Positions 63,198 through 64,000 of a stretch of 64,000 nt of DNA are shown piece by piece. The stretch's first letter is position 1, and every line of letters starts with the position of its first letter. The notes under the pieces are model-generated. The model was not told where the DNA came from. It saw nothing but the letters and a program-made list of their open reading frames with translations, and did no database searches. The translations under genes and the position numbers were made by a program. Origin of the DNA: a virus (taxonomy: Duplodnaviria; Caudoviricetes); IMG/VR virus record IMGVR_UViG_2721756095_000004, positions 35,705 to 99,704 of that record; one strand, 5' to 3'.

Positions 63198-64000
63198 TTG
63201 AAGCGGTAAATTTATATCTCGATCACAGAATCCCGCGCCTGAAAAACGGCAAGAAAGCCGCACAAGATTTATTCCTTCTGTACCCTCTCATAAACGGGAA
63301 AAAGCTGGATGAACTTGGCAAAATCGCCAGGCAATACCAGAAAGATAATCCCGCTCTAGCCCCGGCCACTATACGCAACCGTTTATCTTATCTAAAAGCG
63401 GCAGTTCGATATGCCTACAAGCACCACGATCTAGGTGACCGCGACTATACCGATAAAATGATCATGCCAACCGTCAAAAATAAGCGGCAGGTTTATATCA
63501 ATCAGGACGAGCTCCATAACAAGTTGCTGGCGAATTGCGATGATCCGGAAGCGGCCGCAATATTCAAACTCGCCTTTTATACCGGGCTGCGCTGGCGCTC
63601 CGAAATACTCACGCTCACGCCCGAGCAGGTAATCACGACTCACGAGCAAGCATGGATCAGCCTGCCTGACTCCAAGAACGGGACGCCGCACATGATACCT
63701 GTGCACCCTGACGCCATGGACGCGCTCGCGTTCATTCCTTTCAAGTGGGCTGAGACTTACTATTACAAGCGATTCTGGAAGGCGAGGAAGGCTGCGGGGC
63801 TGAATCATTTGCGGTTGCATGACGAGCGGCACTCTCTCGCGTCCGCCCTGCTATCGTATGGCGCCACCCTGGGAGAAGTGGGGGGCGTGTTAAATCATGA
63901 CTCGGTGCAGTCTACAGAAAGGTACTCCCACCTGTATCCGGAGAGGATAAAAGAGCTAATCCTGAGATTGCCTTCGACAAAAAAATCCGCACCCGTGTAA
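63002..64000 (+). CDS. int: Tyrosine integrase
   Basis: TGLR..EI, SKNG, HDERH, LNH, T.RY.H catalytic set; stop at 63998-64000. Confidence 0.93.
   Translation: MPIRFDKKNKRWRFEFNRIVGNERVRRSCLLPASWSQDQAHAYDRQESGRIYAVASGLEKPKPEIIEAVNLYLDHRIPRLKNGKKAAQDLFLLYPLINGKKLDELGKIARQYQKDNPALAPATIRNRLSYLKAAVRYAYKHHDLGDRDYTDKMIMPTVKNKRQVYINQDELHNKLLANCDDPEAAAIFKLAFYTGLRWRSEILTLTPEQVITTHEQAWISLPDSKNGTPHMIPVHPDAMDALAFIPFKWAETYYYKRFWKARKAAGLNHLRLHDERHSLASALLSYGATLGEVGGVLNHDSVQSTERYSHLYPERIKELILRLPSTKKSAPV

Larger units (their letters stand above)
6064..64000. mobile_element. Temperate podovirus-type prophage with lambdoid regulation, integrated at tRNA-Ile2; other att lies beyond 64000
   Basis: att fragment at one end, tyrosine integrase at the other, full set of modules between. 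Confidence 0.93.

Noticed and set aside
1-64000. CRISPR array, rRNA or IS element
   Set aside because: No regularly spaced repeats, rRNA-like sequence or transposase ORF seen

Overview
The window is almost entirely prophage DNA from two different phages lying back to back in what looks like a proteobacterial host (host identity not determinable here). (1) 1..~6012 is the right end of a Mu-like transposable myophage: baseplate gp44-gp48 homologues, short tail fibre plus chaperone, a Dam-family methylase, and a probable terminus ending ...CGCGCGTTTACA. (2) ~6064..64000 (continuing past the window) is a ~58 kb temperate phage integrated in the 3' half of a tRNA-Ile2(CAT) gene. It has lambdoid control and replication (int/xis, YqaJ-RecT, PL/OL, cI/cro/OR, O/P-like, nin region, Q) and podovirus-type morphogenesis (terminases, P22-like portal, N4-gp56-type capsid, nozzle, fibres, three ejection proteins including a 2278-aa polyvalent protein; no tape measure or tail tube). 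Most striking observation: the cassette between OR and OL encodes a signal-peptide-bearing paralogue (51797..52564) of the phage's own internal virion/ejection protein (13293..14600). It is a candidate periplasmic decoy for superinfection exclusion and sits among other exported proteins, a nuclease, SRAP and a ShosTA-like DprA+PRTase pair. Other points: an EcoHK31I-type two-frame C5 methylase, tRNA-like RNAs in the PL operon, a switch-like leader on the Mu-like methylase, and a few decayed genes. All calls come from reading motifs by eye; no searches were run.
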